Assembly: GCA_012026655.1 (NCBI GenBank)
Contig: JAAILG010000665.1
Coordinates: 1 to 64,000, forward strand
Length of the DNA: 64,000 nt
Source of the DNA: Hydrolagus affinis
Lineage: Eukaryota
Reading direction: 5' to 3'
Position numbers and translations under genes: made by a program. Of this stretch, positions 13,452 through 25,347 are shown piece after piece. The notes below the pieces were generated by a model, which did not search any database, was not told where the DNA came from, and saw nothing but the letters and a program-made list of their open reading frames with translations. Every line of letters starts with the position of its first letter. The stretch's first letter is position 1.

Positions 13452-13719
13452 GTAAGTGAATATGAGATGTGATAGATCGTTTGTACGATACTAACTAGCA
13501 TCCATATTAGTACTGGATAATTCATGAAAGACAATCCTGTTGTAAGGCAGAAGAGTGGAATGGGTGTTACAATTTACTTCATTCTGACTATATAACATTG
13601 GGCAAAATCCTCATTGCTATTTGGCAAGCAATGCCTTCCTCTACCCACTGCTTTGTAGGTGGGATAAAACATGATGAGCATGGTGTTTATTTAGAATAAC
13701 CAGAATGAATAGACCAAAT

Positions 13720-14270
13720 AACAAAAAAAATCATTTGTATAGCGCCTTTCATGTTGCCTCAATGCAGCCTCAATGTGCTGGACATTTGGGGGTTTGCACC
13801 CGCGATGTGGGTTCAATTTCAGAGGGGCTGGGAGGGGAGGAGATGGCTTCATCTCCTGATGATCAAAGAGAAAGGTCTTGAGATGGACCTTGAAAGAGGT
13901 GAGGGAAGGGGTGAGGTGAAGGGATTCTGGAATGGAGTTCCAGAGAGTGGGAAGGTAAACTGAAGGTCCAACCATTGTTTGTAGAGTGGTCAGGGGATAT
14001 GGAGTAGGCCAGTGCAAAGGAAGAGGCTGGTTTGCTATGGTTTTAGATGGTCATAGAGGCAAGACTGGAGAGAGTTTAAAGTGTGGATGAGGATCTTGCC
14101 CTTGATCCTTCATGGAACGAGTTGTTAATGGAGCCTGGCGAGGAGGGTGTGATAGGCTCTTGAAACCTGGTGGTGAGACATGAGCTGCAGAATTCTGAAT
14201 GGTCTGTAGCTTGTGGAGAGTAGAGTTGGGAAGCCCAGCAAGCAGATAGTTGGGGACAAGTTTGAGAGCA
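13720..14270 (-). mobile_element. Degenerate L2-type fragment ending about 40 nt upstream of exon 5
   Basis: LLAGLPNSTLHKLQTIQNSAA peptide; family tail. Confidence 0.8.
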
Positions 14271-14311
14271 ACACAATTTATAGTAATTTGATAATGATTG
14301 TTATTTTGAAG

Positions 14312-14456
14312 GCTGTTAATACAGGCTGGATATGATATAAATATCAAGGACAATGATGGCTGGACTCCACTCCACGCAGCTGCCCACTGGTGCAAAGAAG
14401 AAGCTTGTAGGATCCTTGTGGAGGGTCTTTGTGACATGGATGTTGTTAACAAAGTG
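14312..14456 (+). CDS. PPP1R12B: Exon 5 (145 nt): LLIQAGYDINIKDNDGWTPLHAAAHWCKEEACRILVEGLCDMDVVNKV
   Basis: ttttgaag| and |gtgagt; ankyrin motif. Confidence 0.96.
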
Positions 14457-14544
14457 GTGAGTTTTTACCATGTGGCAGTGCTACTATGTAACTCTTGTTT
14501 TTAATGGAAACTGCTCATTTTAAAAAAATTGGAATTTGTAACTG

Positions 14545-14940
14545 CTCTGCCTTTCCTCATCTCCGCAACATTGCTCGACTTCATCACTACCTCAGGCCTC
14601 AATTCAAGATCCTGGTCCACACCTTCAAAGCCCTCCATGGTCTTGACACCCCTCTCCCACCCATCCCCCATCCTAACCGATGCTCCAGCCTTCTCTACAT
14701 CATCCAGCCCACCACCGTTGGGCGAACCTTCAGCCACTCTGCCCCCAACCTTTGAAATTCCATCCCGCAATCCCTCCCCCTAGCCTTAATGTCTCACCTC
14801 AAGACCGTCCTCTTCGACTGTGCTATCAGTCACCCCCTTCCCTCCATCCTCCCCGATCTCAGACCCAGCTTGGGCTTGAAACACTGACTGTTCAGTGCCT
14901 TTCCTGACGTGAAAGGTGCAATACCAAAGCATTTGTGTTG
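14545..14940 (+). mobile_element. L2-type fragment
   Basis: HLRNIARL, FKILVHTFKALHGL and GRTFSHSAP peptides; family tail. Confidence 0.85.
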
Positions 14941-15767
14941 TCGTTTTTAATATATGTGTAATATATATGCTATTTAGAACTGATGTATTTCTAATTGAAT
15001 TGAGCTTACTTCATAAACAAGCTTAGCGACTTCTATGGAGAACTTTCATTGGTTTAGTCTGAATTCAATTTTAGCAATAAAGGTGAAAGGGTAGTGAAAC
15101 ATGTTTTGGTCAGACACATACTTTTATATTGGTGTATCTTTGTACCACGATTGGTAGAAATCTATAGTGCAGGTCAAAAGTGCAGCCACTTTTAAAATCT
15201 CCAAGTTACTTTTTACTCGCTATTTACTTTGATTATTGGTTAATCTACAACAACACCAGGAACTTGCAGTTATCTAGCATCCTTCATGTCAGGGTAGGGG
15301 GAATGGCACAACACAGAACAATAAAAAAAAACAATGGGATTGGATGCCGTGCAAGGGAGAGGGGTAAGGGTGGTGGCCATAGACACATTCAATGAAATTG
15401 ATTTTGAGGTGAACTAATTCACTTGAATTATGCATGTTCCTTAAATATGGATTCTTTAGCGAAAAAACAGCAATGTGTTTTCTCCATGCTTTGAGAATAC
15501 CTTCCCATCCCGAGTCCAATTTGAATTAATTCCATGTCATTGTGAGATCAGATTGGAAATGACGATTCTAATGTATGCTATAGTTACTTGCAATTCTTTA
15601 GATTTTTTTTGTCTAGCCCAAATCTTGTTCAGAGAAGCTTAAAAGATGAAGGCTGGCAAGCATTGCTGAGTTCTAAGCTTATATTGCTCCACTTTTCTTT
15701 CTCCTTATCTGCTAATTCCATGGTAATTTGTTTATCTCACTTATAATTCTGTTGTAATATTTTGCAG

Positions 15768-15842
15768 GGCCAGACTCCCTTCGATTTAGCGGATGAAAGT
15801 ATTGTTGAGCATTTAGAGGAACTGCAGAAGAAACAGAACATT
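15768..15842 (+). CDS. PPP1R12B: Exon 6 (75 nt): GQTPFDLADESIVEHLEELQKKQNI
   Basis: tttgcag| and |gtaagc; family homology. Confidence 0.95.
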
Positions 15843-17140
15843 GTAAGCACTTTTTCTAGTTTTCTCATGTTACTCTTTAGCCAATACAAATTAAATTTCG
15901 AAAGTGAATGATTTTCAAATTGCACAACTTGAGTTTATATAGTGCTCTTCATGCGCTGCAGTGTCTTGGAGCTTTAAAATATGATAAAGTAGCTATATAT
16001 TGGTTTAAGCCTCGGAATGATAACATTATTTGTGATTTGAAAAGTAAGGCAACAGTATTAGCTGAAGAAACGTCCTAAGCTTGGTTTTATAATTTGACAG
16101 TATCCTAATTTAGAAAGATTTTGCAGAGCTTCCATGAATATGGTAAATAGTTGGCATAAATGATTATTGTTCCTTACTTAACTTTGTATGTCAATGTTTT
16201 TTCCATGGCCTAGAGTAGCCTTATTTGGGTTCCAAACATTTAATTATGTAAGAAATTATGAAGCCTTTCTTAGCTTTTGGGTCAGAATTAGTATCGATAT
16301 TAGGACGTTTTTCTTTATTATTATAAACAGGTTACTTTTGAACAGGTTATCAGGAAGGGTGGTTGAGGCCAGAACCCACTTGATTCATTCAAAAAGCAGC
16401 ATGATGTTGTGATGGGAGGACAGTAGGCTGGGTATTCTGGAAGAATGAGATCAGATGGGCGAAGAGCCTTCTTCATCCGATCCAGTATTGTGATCTTGTG
16501 ATGTTTTTAACTGCCTGAATGTTGTACACAAATCTATACACAAATGTTTCGGATTTTGACTCATGGAGATGACATCAACCAAGGACTTACCAGTAAGATC
16601 TTGGAATGAAGTTGTGTCCATAAATTGACAAATGATATGCAACCCTTATCTGATTTAGAAGTAAATAAATAAAAATGTCCCCAAAGTTTTTTTTGTGTGA
16701 AATATCACCGTTTAGAAACAGATAACTTTATTCACGGCAAAGATCACACATTCCAGGAAAAGGCTCTGAAATCCAGAGAAAACATTTCAGTTCTGTTAGT
16801 TTGGTGATTGAATTCAAGATACTGTGGATTACGCACAATATTCCGCTGCAGAGAATAGATCCCTGCAGAACATTGAACATTGAGTGTTGACGATGTGATA
16901 TTTGATCCAGTGGATTATGTGTCTCCAGATTAAAACTTTTTCATTGAGACAGCATTTCGATAATACAGCATTTCAATAAAAGTGGGTCAACTGCCTAAAG
17001 TGGGGGAGGGGAAGAAACCGTGCAGATACTGTCAAATATCTAATTGTTACACCGAGCAAAATTGCAGAGATTTCATATTTGAAGAATATTCAAAGTGTGG
17101 CCATGAAAAAATTCTGACCTTGTGATTCATTCCTGGGCAG

Positions 17141-17220
17141 CTTCGCACTGAGAAACGAGCTGTCCGGTCAACGTTAATTGAGTCAACTGTGACCTGCAAA
17201 CCACAGTCCAAGCACTTAAG
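17141..17220 (+). CDS. PPP1R12B: Exon 7 (80 nt): LRTEKRAVRSTLIESTVTCKPQSKHL
   Basis: gggcag| and |gtattc; LRxEK...LIES homology; phase 0 to 2. Confidence 0.88.
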
Positions 17221-18546
17221 GTATTCACAATTAATGCTTTTTGTGAAGAAGTATTCTATTTGGTTGTCTATTTTTGGTTTTGAGACTTATGGTAAACCTT
17301 GTTGTGACTCTGGTATCTATCCTGGCAGCTTTGCAGCAAAGGTAAAACAATATTTTTAATGAGCCTTTCTTCTATGCTAAAGAGAGCACAGTGCAGTAAC
17401 CAGAATAGTTGTAGTCTTGCATATACTAATTTATAATAAGTCAGTATACTTAAAAGTGATGTTTTACTGGTGCATAAAAGATCTCTTATTCTTATGGAAT
17501 GAAGAAAAGAAAAACAAGAATCTCTGTTAAATTCCCACTTTCTAGCTCTTTCCCGTATCACTTAATAGTTTTATAACTTATAAGTTTTATAACTTTTTTG
17601 AATAATTTTATTAATTTTAACCCCATAGCCATACTTCATAACTTACAAAACCTTTGACTGGAGATATTCTTTCTATCGTCTCCTCCCTTCCTGCAATTTT
17701 GTTAAATCTGAGAACTTTCCCCTTGTCATTGATTTTCCAACTGCAGGATATCGTTTTTCTTCCCTCATTTACCAGTCATACCATTCAAAGTGGTAATGAA
17801 CCCTTCTCACTCTCATATGCCCCAGTAGAATAAAAGGGAAAACAATCCTAATCCAGCTTCTCTTTTTTAAATACAGTAAAACATTGTTTGGGATCTAAAC
17901 AATTAGACATTGTGTTTATAAAAAGTCAGGAAAAAGATCGACTGACAATCCACTTCTGGGAGACTGCCACTAATTTCTCACTGGCTTCCAGTGAGAACCA
18001 GCTGGTTTCCTGTATAGAATGTCAAGAATGCTCATGACAAGTTCATGTTGAAAGTATACATCACTATGGACCTGCACTTGCCTGTTCAGCGCCTTGGATG
18101 TCCTCCCGATGTGAAAGGCACTAAACAAATGTAATTTTGTTGTTCTGACAAGCGATCCTTAACAAGGTTGCCCTGTATATTTCACATGTGCAGTATCCTG
18201 GTGAACCTACATTGTACCCATCTCTGATATTCTTATTATAATAGTGAGTCTGTAGCCGAACACAGCACCAATTGTGCGCTAACCAATTTAAATTCCAATT
18301 GGAATTGCTTAATTCCTATTTAATTCCAATTTGAATTCCCTACTTGTATATTAAATACCTCAATTTTTAAAATCCAGATTCTCATTTGCCTTTCTGATGG
18401 CCTTTTGTACCTGCTGTCCCACTTTTCGTGATTTATGTATTTGTTCTCCTTAGCCCCCTGCTTCAGACCCATTTAGTGTTTTACTCTTCAGGCTATGTAT
18501 GCCACCCTATTTTAATTAATTAAATTCCGTTTCATCAATATCCTAG

Positions 18547-18704
18547 TAAAGACAATCTACCTTCTGAAGAGAAGGAAACCAAGTACAAATCATCTGAGCC
18601 AGAAAAGGCTGATGAAGTGGAAGAGAGCAAAAAAGATGAATCGAGTAGCTCCAGTTCTGAGGAAGATGATGATGGTTCTGATTCTGAATCTGAAGCAGAT
18701 ACAG
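18547..18704 (+). CDS. PPP1R12B: Exon 8 (158 nt), acidic/Ser patch: KDNLPSEEKETKYKSSEPEKADEVEESKKDESSSSSSEEDDDGSDSESEADT
   Basis: tcctag| and |gtaagg; phase 2 to 1. Confidence 0.9.
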
Positions 18705-19629
18705 GTAAGGTGATCACACACCAAGGCAGGATTTTTAAAAAAAAGTTAATGATTAATGGGAACCTGACCTGTTCTTGGTAGAAAGAGCGATCTTATTGAG
18801 GTCTTCAAGATCATGCATAGAATTGATGTGATGGTAGACAACAAAGTCTTCACATTACAGTCAACTATTAATTATACATTGGGTGTGCAGCAGGAGAATG
18901 CACAACCTAACCTATGAATTAAGTGGGTGCACCAGGATTTGCAGTGACTTACCAGGGAAGATGATCGATTCCAGAACGTTGGACTTGTTTGAGAAACAGC
19001 TAAAAGTGGAAAACAGTAGGGCGAGTATTCAATAGGGTGAAATTAAACAGACCAAAGCAATGATGTGCTATTATGCATCTCTTTAAAAAAAAATTGGAAT
19101 ATTTACTGAAGCTGTTGTTGTGAATTGACACTGTAGGAATTGCTAGACAATAAAAGGCCAAGGTTCATCTTGTTTGCTTTCTACCATCCTGGTCACTGTG
19201 TGCTACAATAATTATGTATGGATTCGTCTACCAGAGTGGAAAGCATTGGGAACCTTACATCCAAAGTTCTCTGGTTCTTCCTAGCACACTACACTTGTCA
19301 TGTTATAAATTCCTCATGTAGAGTATCCCAAATATTAATTTTTAAAAAAAAGAAATCTTATCTAATTTGTTATGAATCAACACTTGCTGCTTCCACTTCT
19401 AGATTTACCATTTGCTCACTGAAATATTGTTTCCACAGATGAATCTTGGATTTACTCCCTTTCAATCGTAGTTTGTGTCCTCTGGTTCCAAAGTCTGGTT
19501 AGGATGGTCTACATTATGTAGTTCCTTTAGAATCTTAAGAACAGCAATCATATCACCTCTCAACTTTTTTCCAGTATGCTCAGTTTACACCATGCATGCC
19601 TTTTATTAAAATGTTGTTATTCTTTGCAG

Positions 19630-19745
19630 AAAAAATTAAGTCATCGACTAAAAATAATATAAACAGCAAACTGAACAGCAGCAACCCTCAGCTAGCTACC
19701 ACAGTAGGGCAGTTAGCACGATATACAGCTCCTACAACAAGAAAG
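19630..19745 (+). CDS. PPP1R12B: Exon 9 (116 nt): EKIKSSTKNNINSKLNSSNPQLATTVGQLARYTAPTTRK
   Basis: tctttgcag| and aag|gtaagg; open frame; phase 1 to 0. Confidence 0.88.
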
Positions 19746-20449
19746 GTAAGGCATCAATGATATTTATCTTCTCTTTTTCCCCATATGATTGTCTTTCTGT
19801 TTGAATATTTTTGAACAGTTGAATAGTAAGAGCTGGTGATATAATTGTTGGTTATTGTATCAGCAGTTGGGCAAGAGAATTAATTTGCTTAATCTATCCT
19901 CAAACCAATGAGCTTTATTATTTATGTAGATTCATGAATGTTAATTTAGCTTTCTCATACTGACATTTTCACAACTGGGCCTGATGATGAGGGCTACTTA
20001 TTTTACCAAAGCAGCTTGGATTGGTGGAGGGAGGGGGAGAATCTTTAAATACAGATTAAAGGTGCTTATTTACCACTCCTATTGATTCTTATTTTCTGCA
20101 CTCGGCCATCTTTCGGTTCAAACTCACTACTTTACCTCAAGTGAAACATCATTTGAATATTGTTTTATTTGAAAAATGTAATGCTAGCTTTTTGTGACTC
20201 ATACAAAATTGTTTTTCACAATTTAATGTTTGTGATATCAATAATTGCCAGTATGTGCACATGCGGCCGTGGATCAGGACGCGTTGAATCACAGGAAATA
20301 TAGTCTTGATGCATATTTATTAGCTGCTGTGACAGAGCTGTTGTAATTTTTTTGCTGTAGATTGGTGATTAAATCAGGTTTAACTTGGACTTCTCAAGTC
20401 AGTATTATGTGAGTTTTACTTTATATAGTTTGTATATATTTTTTTGCAG

Positions 20450-20671
20450 GTCATTAGCCCTTTCATTAAACCTACTGCCAAAGAGGAGGAGAGTAAGGAT
20501 GAATCTCCAGCATCTTGGAGACTGGGTCTGAGAAAAACAGGGAGCCATGATGCACTGAGCGATACTAGTGGTTCCCGAGAAGCACTGAGGGAAAAGGAAT
20601 CCTTTGGGATTATCCGATCTGCTTCAAGTCCTCGCCTTTCAACTATATTTGATAACCAGGAAAAAGGAAAG
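20450..20671 (+). CDS. PPP1R12B: Exon 10 (222 nt): VISPFIKPTAKEEESKDESPASWRLGLRKTGSHDAL...IIRSASSPRLSTIFDNQEKGK
   Basis: ttttgcag| and |gtacat; KDESPASWRLGLRKTGS and RSASSPR family motifs. Confidence 0.95.
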
Positions 20672-21086
20672 GTACATTATAATTGCAAATTATTCTCATT
20701 TTGTCCACTTTTTTGTAGAATGTGGCACAAATTGATTGCTACAACATGGGAAGGGCTCCAAGATGCTATTCACATTTGATTTAAAATTTATAAATTTCTA
20801 GAGCTATATTCATGTTTATCTCAAAATATGCCCACAGATATAGTCAATTCATTTTAATGTATTCTGTGAAGCTCTTTGAAACTTCTAGAAGATGTGAAAA
20901 GCGCTATNNNNNNNNNNNNNNNNNNNNNNNNNNNNNNNNNNNNNNNNNNNNNNNNNNNNNNNNNNNNNNNNNNNNNNNNNNNNNNNNNNNNNNNNNNNNN
21001 NNNNNNNNNNNNNNNNNNNNNNNNNNNNNNNNNNNNNNNNNNNNNNNNNNNNNNNNNNNNNNNNNNNNNNNNNNNNNNNNNNNNNN

Positions 21087-21290
21087 ACACACACATAATG
21101 AGAGAGAGAGAGATACACATACACACATAGATACGGAGAGATACGCACATATAGGTAATAAGAGAGCAATACATTTAGACAAACATTTATAGACATGCAG
21201 AGGAGAGAGACACAGACACATTCACACAGAGACACACAAAAACACATACAAAGGAGAGAGACACACACATATAGAGGAGAAAGTGACATG
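21087..21290. repeat. Degenerate (AC)/(AG) microsatellite next to an N-gap
   Basis: Direct inspection. Confidence 0.8.
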
Positions 21291-21726
21291 GAAACAATCA
21301 CAACAGCGGGGCCTCAGAGTGGAGAGAGGCTGATTTCACATTTGCGCTACACTGGGCAGGCATGTCTGGAACCGCTTGTACCACAGTAGCGGCGTCAGGT
21401 AAATGGATGACAGCAGCTTAAGCGACGAAACTTTTTTCACCTTTTTTTTAGCGGAGCGGGCTGTTTGTTTACACCGGAGGGTGTTGTTTTTTTGCAGATT
21501 CCGTGGAAAATTGCACGTGTACTTTTCTTTTGGTCTGACTTATGATATGCTATTCGACATGAAAGCACCGTGTAATGCAGGTGACTTGTTAAAAAAGCTT
21601 TGAATATCTTCTTTCCTCCTCCATAAGTGGTATAAAAATTGACGACTTCTGTGAATAGTAATTCGGATTGCTCTAAATATGGGAACAACAACCAAACTGA
21701 CTGAACTTTTTGGTGAAATTATGCAG

Positions 21727-21821
21727 GATAAAGATAATAAAACCAGGCTTGTATATGTTGCACCAACAATACCAACCAGAAGGCTGCGCAGCACATCCGA
21801 TGTTGAAGAAAAAGAAAATAG
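21727..21821 (+). CDS. PPP1R12B: Exon 11 (95 nt): DKDNKTRLVYVAPTIPTRRLRSTSDVEEKEN
   Basis: atgcag| and |gtatgg; STSDxEEKENR motif. Confidence 0.93.
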
Positions 21822-22281
21822 GTATGGGTTGTTTTGCAATAAAATGATATTGGAGCATATCGAATGTTTTAATTAAATGGAATTGTAAACTGTGTATCTC
21901 CCTCCCCACCCACCCCGAGTATAATTAAAAAAAAACTTATTTTTGTTTACAAATATAATTGTTGTTATGAGCAAAAATGTATTCGCCTCCAGATAAAGAT
22001 TATGAATTATAAGAAGAGAAGGCCCTCTGTCTGGCTTTTCAAAATATACACACTGATTAATGCTGCAAAAATTTAATTCTCCAATAATTAATGTGCCAAA
22101 CTATACACAATGCAAATGTAATCACTTGAAGCTGGTAAAATAAAAAACCTCTAATTAAACTGTTTTGTTAGGTCCTCGTAATAATTCAGTAAATATTTTG
22201 ATCAGGTCGATGGACCTAAAATTATAATATAATTGTAGTGCAAACTGTAGTTATGTGAAATCAGACGTTTTATGTTTGTAG

Positions 22282-22428
22282 GGAATCTGCAGCCAGTCTT
22301 GTACGAAGTGGTTCCTATACAAGGCGGCAGTGGAAGGATGATTTAAAGGATGCAAATCATATCGGAAATGAAGGAGGCACTTCACTAAACCCGTCGAATA
22401 CAAACATATTACCTTCCTATCAGAGAAG
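22282..22428 (+). CDS. PPP1R12B: Exon 12 (147 nt): ESAASLVRSGSYTRRQWKDDLKDANHIGNEGGTSLNPSNTNILPSYQR
   Basis: tttgtag| and |gtgagc; ESAxxLVRSGSYTR motif; phase 2 to 2. Confidence 0.92.
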
Positions 22429-23505
22429 GTGAGCAAGCACTCTTTTCCATTATGTAGATTTAAGTAAGGCTTTTAAAAAAAAACTACTATAAACCATTTA
22501 GATAAGCACCCTTTTATGCTGAAAGTATCTAAAGTAATCTGCGTGCACTCTGAGCCAGAACATTTATGTTTTCAGTTACTTAAAATATGAATAGTTTGCA
22601 GTTGTTATCTAACTAGAAGGTTGACAATATTTACATACATGGATCAACTGAAGCAATAGTATAGGGGATCATACAAGAAACTATACATCCAACCTGCATA
22701 AAACAAATGAGTTTTCCCTTTACGTTACTAGCACCTCGTCAGTTACCGCAGTTTTATAAGTGACCCATAGTAACCCTGGTTACAGGGCTCTTGTGTTCAC
22801 AATGTGAAACTAGTTGGACTAGGGCTATAATGGAAAAGTAACAAAAGAAAAATCTGCGGCCCCGTGCGTGTGCAGATTCCCACCGTCCCACTCTCCTCTC
22901 TCTCCTCCCCTTCTCCACTGTTCTTGCTGGCCTTCAGGTGCCATTGATCTCAACTTTGACTTGATTCGAATCCCGCGAACAGACCATAGTGTATTTGTCA
23001 TTTTATGCTCGCGGGATTCAAACAATTACAGTGTCGGTACCGTGCATTTTTCAATTCTAATAAATGCTCGTACCAGCATTGTAATTGTACTCAGTGGGAA
23101 ATTTCACACCAAATCTCTTCCCTCCCTCCCCCCCTCACCACACACACACAATATCTGGGTACATTGGTAATAACTACATTCTTGGGATATTTGATTCCTC
23201 ACCCCAAGATTTAATCTAGTCTGTGTTGAAATTCATTCATTCACCTTGGTCAATTTTATGGAAGGAGAAAGCAAGCAAGCAAGCAAGTTACCCTCCTATA
23301 CTATCTGAGCATCGTTCCTGGCAGTTCATCCAACGAGCAACAGTGCCCTCTTTTGTGAAGATGTTTTGAACTAGACTGTTCTTGTAGTAGGGAGATGAAC
23401 TTCGAGTGAAAGAGAATCAAACTGCAAGCATACAGTTAATAATTGAGTGATGTAGCATAGTTTCCTTCAGTTATCCATTCTTACCCAAGTGTCAACTGTT
23501 ACCAG

Positions 23506-23703
23506 TGCCTCATTCGGCAGAAGAAAAGATGAATTCAACAGTTCCTCCATTTCAGTCATTCCCATCACAACCTCAGTCACTTCAGCTACTGCTATAGCAA
23601 CACTTACCTCAGCTGCAGGCCAGCAACACAGTCGAACTGCCATCACTTCTCCCTCCTCCATCTTAAATAGTGTTGCTTCCACCACAATCAACCAACAGGG
23701 CAG
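23506..23703 (+). CDS. PPP1R12B: Symmetric 198-nt Ser/Thr-rich cassette exon, MYPT1 central-insert-like: (S)ASFGRRKDEFNSSSISVIPITTSVTSATAIATLTSAAGQQHSRTAITSPSSILNSVASTTINQQG
   Basis: ttaccag| and cag|gtaaga; open frame; phase 2 to 2; SFGRR.D and TSAAG match MYPT1. Confidence 0.8.
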
Positions 23704-24181
23704 GTAAGATTTAACACGAAAGGTATGCTTTCTCGTGTGTTCTGGTAATACCACAGCCGGATTTTAAACTTAGACTTGTGCAAACAAGTATATAAAGGAA
23801 ATACCTAACGCAAGATTTCTAAACCATCTCCACATTTCTGCTTGTTTTAATCATTGTCTTCGTATCTCTGTCCAGTGCATTCAGTCCATTAAATCTGCGT
23901 GTTTGGCTATTACTAACATATTACTAATAACACACAGTTGTTGCAAGCTTTTTCCAACTGAAGTGTGATTTACATGGTGCCTTTCAGTTAAGGCAAAACT
24001 CGAATGCCTTTATAGACACTATGCTGGAGACCAAGCAGGGAGGGTTGGGGGATGAGGGAGGTGACAGTTGGTGAAGGGGTCGAAGAGGTAAGTTTTCCAG
24101 AGGCTTGGGTGCGGATCAATGCCTGTCCCAATGTTTGGGAAGTCTTCCTGACATGAAAGGTGCTGTATAAATGTAATTTAT

Positions 24182-24281
24182 NNNNNNNNNNNNNNNNNNN
24201 NNNNNNNNNNNNNNNNNNNNNNNNNNNNNNNNNNNNNNNNNNNNNNNNNNNNNNNNNNNNNNNNNNNNNNNNNNNNNNNNN
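24182..24281. other. 100-N assembly gap; other gaps at 20908-21086, 32631-32730 and 51816-51915
   Basis: Runs of N. Confidence 0.99.
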
Positions 24282-24950
24282 CCCCCCCCCCCCCCCCCCC
24301 CCCCCCAGTCAGAGCAGACAAGTTTTCTCCCTCTTCCCCTTTTTACCACAAATCCACTTCACTCCTGTTCCTGGACTCTCTGAAGGGCCAAAGGACACCC
24401 TTGAGCTGCATATCCAGGAGCTTAAAACCATGAACGGGCACTGTATTGACACAAATTTTACATGCCATGAGCTTAATTTGTATTAGGACTTTAATAGAAT
24501 AACCAATATGTCCTTTGCTCCTTCTTGGTTAGTACTGAAGCAAAAACTGTCCATTGCAGCCCCAGAGACAAATCCAAATTATAAATTGGGAAGGAATATC
24601 TTACAGAAGTTTAAAGAGTGTTAAAGCCTAGGAGTTCACATCCTTTACTATTGTTGCACGTATTTTGGTTTGTTAGTACAGTCTTTGGTTCAAATAAAAT
24701 TGATTTGTTCCACAACTGCTGGTTTGACTGCTTCTTCTGTGATACCCTTGTACTGTTACAGCATCTTTCAAATAGACATTGGTGACTCAAGGTACCATGA
24801 CTTGCTAGTCAGATACAGGATTAGGTTTAGAAAAAAGCCTTATACAGTAATAACATTCGGGTATGGCAGTTGTGCAACTCCAGTGTCCTAGATCAGCTAA
24901 CTCAACAGGATTTGAACGTGTGGCTCGGTCTATATAAAGAATTGTAAATA

Positions 24951-25347
24951 CGGTAAAAGCTTGTTTATACGGCACCAACCAACCGGAAAGCTTAACCAAC
25001 CGGTATCACCCAATACAATACATCATTCCAGCAAATGGATCTCATACTGGAGCCATCTGGGACACTCGTGAGTATGCTCACTTTGCCATGCGTATGAATT
25101 TACTAAACTTAACGAACGCTGGAATTTTTATTTTACCGATCATTTTACCGAGTGTGCTGGAATTCTTTATTGGTAAGTATCCATACAATATTCTGTTACT
25201 ATTTAGTCTATTATCAATATGGTATGTTTTAAAATCAGTAAATTTTTTGTGTAGGATTTTCGGCAACTTGTTGCTCGAATATCTGGCATATTTGATTAAA
25301 TGGCATTAAATGGCACCCGAGTGTTCCGGATAACCAAGCTTTTACTG
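24951..25347. mobile_element. Longer related MITE; a similar right end also occurs at about 52070-52096
   Basis: ta|cggtaaaagcttgtttatacgg ... ccggataaccaagcttttactg. Confidence 0.75.

Noticed and set aside
16219-16228. Perfect CArG box CCTTATTTGG
   Set aside because: Isolated and not near any inferred transcription start; compatible with chance frequency.
18283-18340. 16-bp palindrome AATTCCAATTGGAATT and AATTCC repeats
   Set aside because: Low-complexity AT-rich sequence with no further structure.
20812-21301. ORFs spanning N-gaps
   Set aside because: Artefacts of X translation and microsatellite sequence.
23988-24093. Perfect donor gag|gtaagt with an upstream ctttcag, as a candidate for the missing exon
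   Set aside because: It lies in an L2-tail remnant, is 100 nt long and has an immediate TAA in phase 2.
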